A stretch of 31,292 nucleotides of DNA, taken from the NCBI GenBank assembly GCA_964355955.1, contig CAYHFQ010000012.1, positions 1 to 31,292 on the forward strand. Reading direction: 5' to 3'. The notes under the pieces are model-generated. The model had not been told where the DNA came from, did no database searches, and saw only the letters and a program-made list of their open reading frames with translations. Both the position numbers and the translations under genes were made by a program. Position 1 is the first letter of the stretch. Every line of letters starts with the position of its first letter. Of the stretch, positions 29,382 through 31,292 are shown in pieces. Origin of the DNA: an uncultured Gammaproteobacteria bacterium. GTDB taxonomy: Bacteria > Patescibacteriota > Patescibacteriia > UBA9934.

Positions 29382-31292
29382 TTAGACCTCGATGACGACC
29401 GGGAGGATCATTGGGCGGCGTTGAGTTTTGACAAAGATGAATTTGCCGAGCTCTTCGCGGACTTTGTCCTTGATGCCGTTAGGATCTGCCATGGAGGCTG
29501 GATCGATATCACTTAAGGCTTTGCGGATAGTGGCACCGGCCTCGATGATGAGTTCCTTGTTTTCTTTGGTGTGGATGAAACCGCGGGTGACGATGTCTGG
29601 CTCGCCGACCAAGCGGCCGGTTTGCTTTTCCACCTGAGTGATGACGACGACCATGCCGTCTTCGGCAAGAGCCTGACGATCGCGGAGAACCACCTGGCTG
29701 ATGTCGCCCACGCCCAAACCGTCAACGAAGACGTAATCGGACGGAACCTTTTCTGTCATGAGGGCACCAACGCCCTGACCGGTTGCAGCGTCCTTCCAGA
29801 ATTCCAGGATTTGGCCGTTGTCGGCAACGAAGACGTCTTCTTCCTTCCAGCCCATGGAGTAGGCGACTTCCGCGTTTTCACGGAGCAAGAAGTGGTTGCC
29901 TTCGATTGGCATGTAGTACTTTGGCTTGAAGAGGGAAAGCATGAGCTTCACGTCCTCTTTCTTGGCGTGACCACCAGCGTGGATGTCCATCATGTCCTTG
30001 TGGATGACGCGAGCGCGCTTGCGGTAAAGCACATCCTTGAGGCGCTGGACGGTGTTCTCGTTACCCGGAATGACGGAGCTCGAGAAGATAATGGTGTCGT
30101 CGCGCTCGATGCGGATGAAGCGATGTTCGTCGTTGGCAATGCGGCTCATAGCAGCACGCTGTTCGCCCTGCGCACCGGTACAGATGATAGTCACTTTGTT
30201 TGGGGCGTAGTCGCCGACGTTTTCGATGGAGATGATGGACTTGGGATTGATGTTGATGAAGCCAAGCTCGCGGGCGATTTCCACGTTAGTTTTCATGGAG
30301 TAGCCTTCAAGGGCGATTTTACGGCCGAGGCTCTCACTGATTTCCATGAGTTGCTTCACGCGGGAAAGGAGGGAAGCAAAGGTACCAACAATGACGCGGC
30401 CCTTGGCTTTTTCCAAAATGGTGCGGAGTTCCTCACCAATGACGGCTTCCGAGGTCTGTTGACCTGGCTGGCCGGCGTTCGTCGAGTCGCCCATGAGGAG
30501 CATGACGCCATTCATACCAACCTGGGCAATCTTGTGGAGATCGGCTGGTGGGGTACCGACTGGGTGGTAGTCGAACTTCCAGTCGCCAGTGTGACAAATG
30601 GTACCGGCTGGGGTCTCTACGACGATACCAGCGGAGTCAGGGATGTTGTGGTTAATGTGGAAGAAGTGGACCTTGAATACACCGAGCTGCAATTCCGACT
30701 GAACGGTGATTGGTTTAACAATAATCTTGCTGCCTGGATAATCCGTTTGACGCTTGTTGATGATACCAGCGGCGATTGGGAGGGCGTAGACAACTGGGTT
30801 GCCGATAGCTGGAATGATATGAGGGATGGCACCAATGTGGTCGTAGTGACCGTGGGTGATGACGACACCACGAACATTTTTTTCCTTGCCCTTCAAGTAG
30901 GCCATGTTAGGGATGATGTAGTCGACGCCAGGCATGTCTTCGTCCGGGAACTGCAAACCAAGGTCGATGATGATGATATCGTCCTTGTATTCAATGAGGG
31001 TGCAGTTACGGCCGACTTCTTCGAGGCCACCCATGACGATCACGCGAACGTGCTCACCGCCGGGACCGGCAAAAGTTTGTTCGCTAATTAAGCCTTCGTG
31101 GGTTTTGAGTGTGCCTTCCGCGCTGCGGTTGCTCATTGGGTTCGAGCTGCGGGATTGGTTACCACGGTAAGGTGGACGACCACCAGCAGGGCGAGGACCT
31201 GATGGACGAGGAGCGCCGGCTGGACGTGGAGCGCCAGCGGGGCGGTTGTTGGAACTTGGCGGACGGGGTCCGCGGGGTTTGAAATTACCCAT
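29382..31292 (-). CDS. rnj: ribonuclease J with Pro/Arg/Gly-rich N-terminal extension
   Basis: Metallo-beta-lactamase motif VVITHGHYDHIG. The domain order is beta-CASP plus C-terminal domain. ATG sits at 31292. The 506-aa + ORF 29571..31091 is a shadow. Confidence 0.92.
   Translation of the reverse strand: MGNFKPRGPRPPSSNNRPAGAPRPAGAPRPSGPRPAGGRPPYRGNQSRSSNPMSNRSAEGTLKTHEGLISEQTFAGPGGEHVRVIVMGGLEEVGRNCTLIEYKDDIIIIDLGLQFPDEDMPGVDYIIPNMAYLKGKEKNVRGVVITHGHYDHIGAIPHIIPAIGNPVVYALPIAAGIINKRQTDYPGSKIIVKPITVQSELQLGVFKVHFFHINHNIPDSAGIVVETPAGTICHTGDWKFDYHPVGTPPADLHKIAQVGMNGVMLLMGDSTNAGQPGQQTSEAVIGEELRTILEKAKGRVIVGTFASLLSRVKQLMEISESLGRKIALEGYSMKTNVEIARELGFININPKSIISIENVGDYAPNKVTIICTGAQGEQRAAMSRIANDEHRFIRIERDDTIIFSSSVIPGNENTVQRLKDVLYRKRARVIHKDMMDIHAGGHAKKEDVKLMLSLFKPKYYMPIEGNHFLLRENAEVAYSMGWKEEDVFVADNGQILEFWKDAATGQGVGALMTEKVPSDYVFVDGLGVGDISQVVLRDRQALAEDGMVVVITQVEKQTGRLVGEPDIVTRGFIHTKENKELIIEAGATIRKALSDIDPASMADPNGIKDKVREELGKFIFVKTQRRPMILPVVIEV

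Noticed and set aside
29571-31091. 506-aa + ORF
   Set aside because: It is antisense to the unmistakable RNase J gene, and its product is an Asp/Gly/Val-rich shadow.

Overview
The backbone looks like a small-genome, CPR/Patescibacteria-like bacterium, possibly Saccharibacteria; that lineage call is inference only. Recognisable housekeeping genes are a partial PfkB kinase, a SAM methyltransferase, an RsuA/RluB pseudouridine synthase, a TrmB-type regulator, a transketolase C-terminal half, a NUDIX hydrolase, a four-helix-bundle protein, thymidine kinase, TrpRS and RNase J. There is also an envelope-glycan locus (three GT4 glycosyltransferases, a DUF4012-like protein, a repeat-rich surface protein, a polyprenyl-phosphate sugar transferase) and a type-A RNase P RNA at ~25250-25646 (-). 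Backbone genes mostly lack Shine-Dalgarno (SD) sites and sit 6-10 nt behind TGnTAnnnT extended -10 boxes, so they look leaderless or nearly so.

Two GC-rich, minus-strand islands stand out.
- Island 1 (~3486-9631): a consensus host-type promoter, then ~1.3 kb of hairpin-dense ORF-free sequence that includes a promoter-plus-terminator-bounded ~230-nt RNA. Four orphan genes follow (199, 113, 674 and 168 aa). They are separated by five copies of a conserved two-hairpin module and by a duplicated block 109/113 identical.
- Island 2 (~25676-28302, between trpS and rnpB): six or seven tiny lipoprotein, secreted or membrane orphan genes. Three are preceded by the same ~70-nt structured leader.

Every island gene has a GGAG-type SD and near-saturated GC3, unlike the backbone. 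I could not assign any island protein to a known family.

Other items: a ~150-190-nt palindromic intergenic repeat in three copies; 23-bp inverted repeats flanking the four-helix-bundle gene; and an AT-rich patch across two convergent gene ends. All coordinates were read by hand and may be off by a few nt. No searches or folding programs were run.
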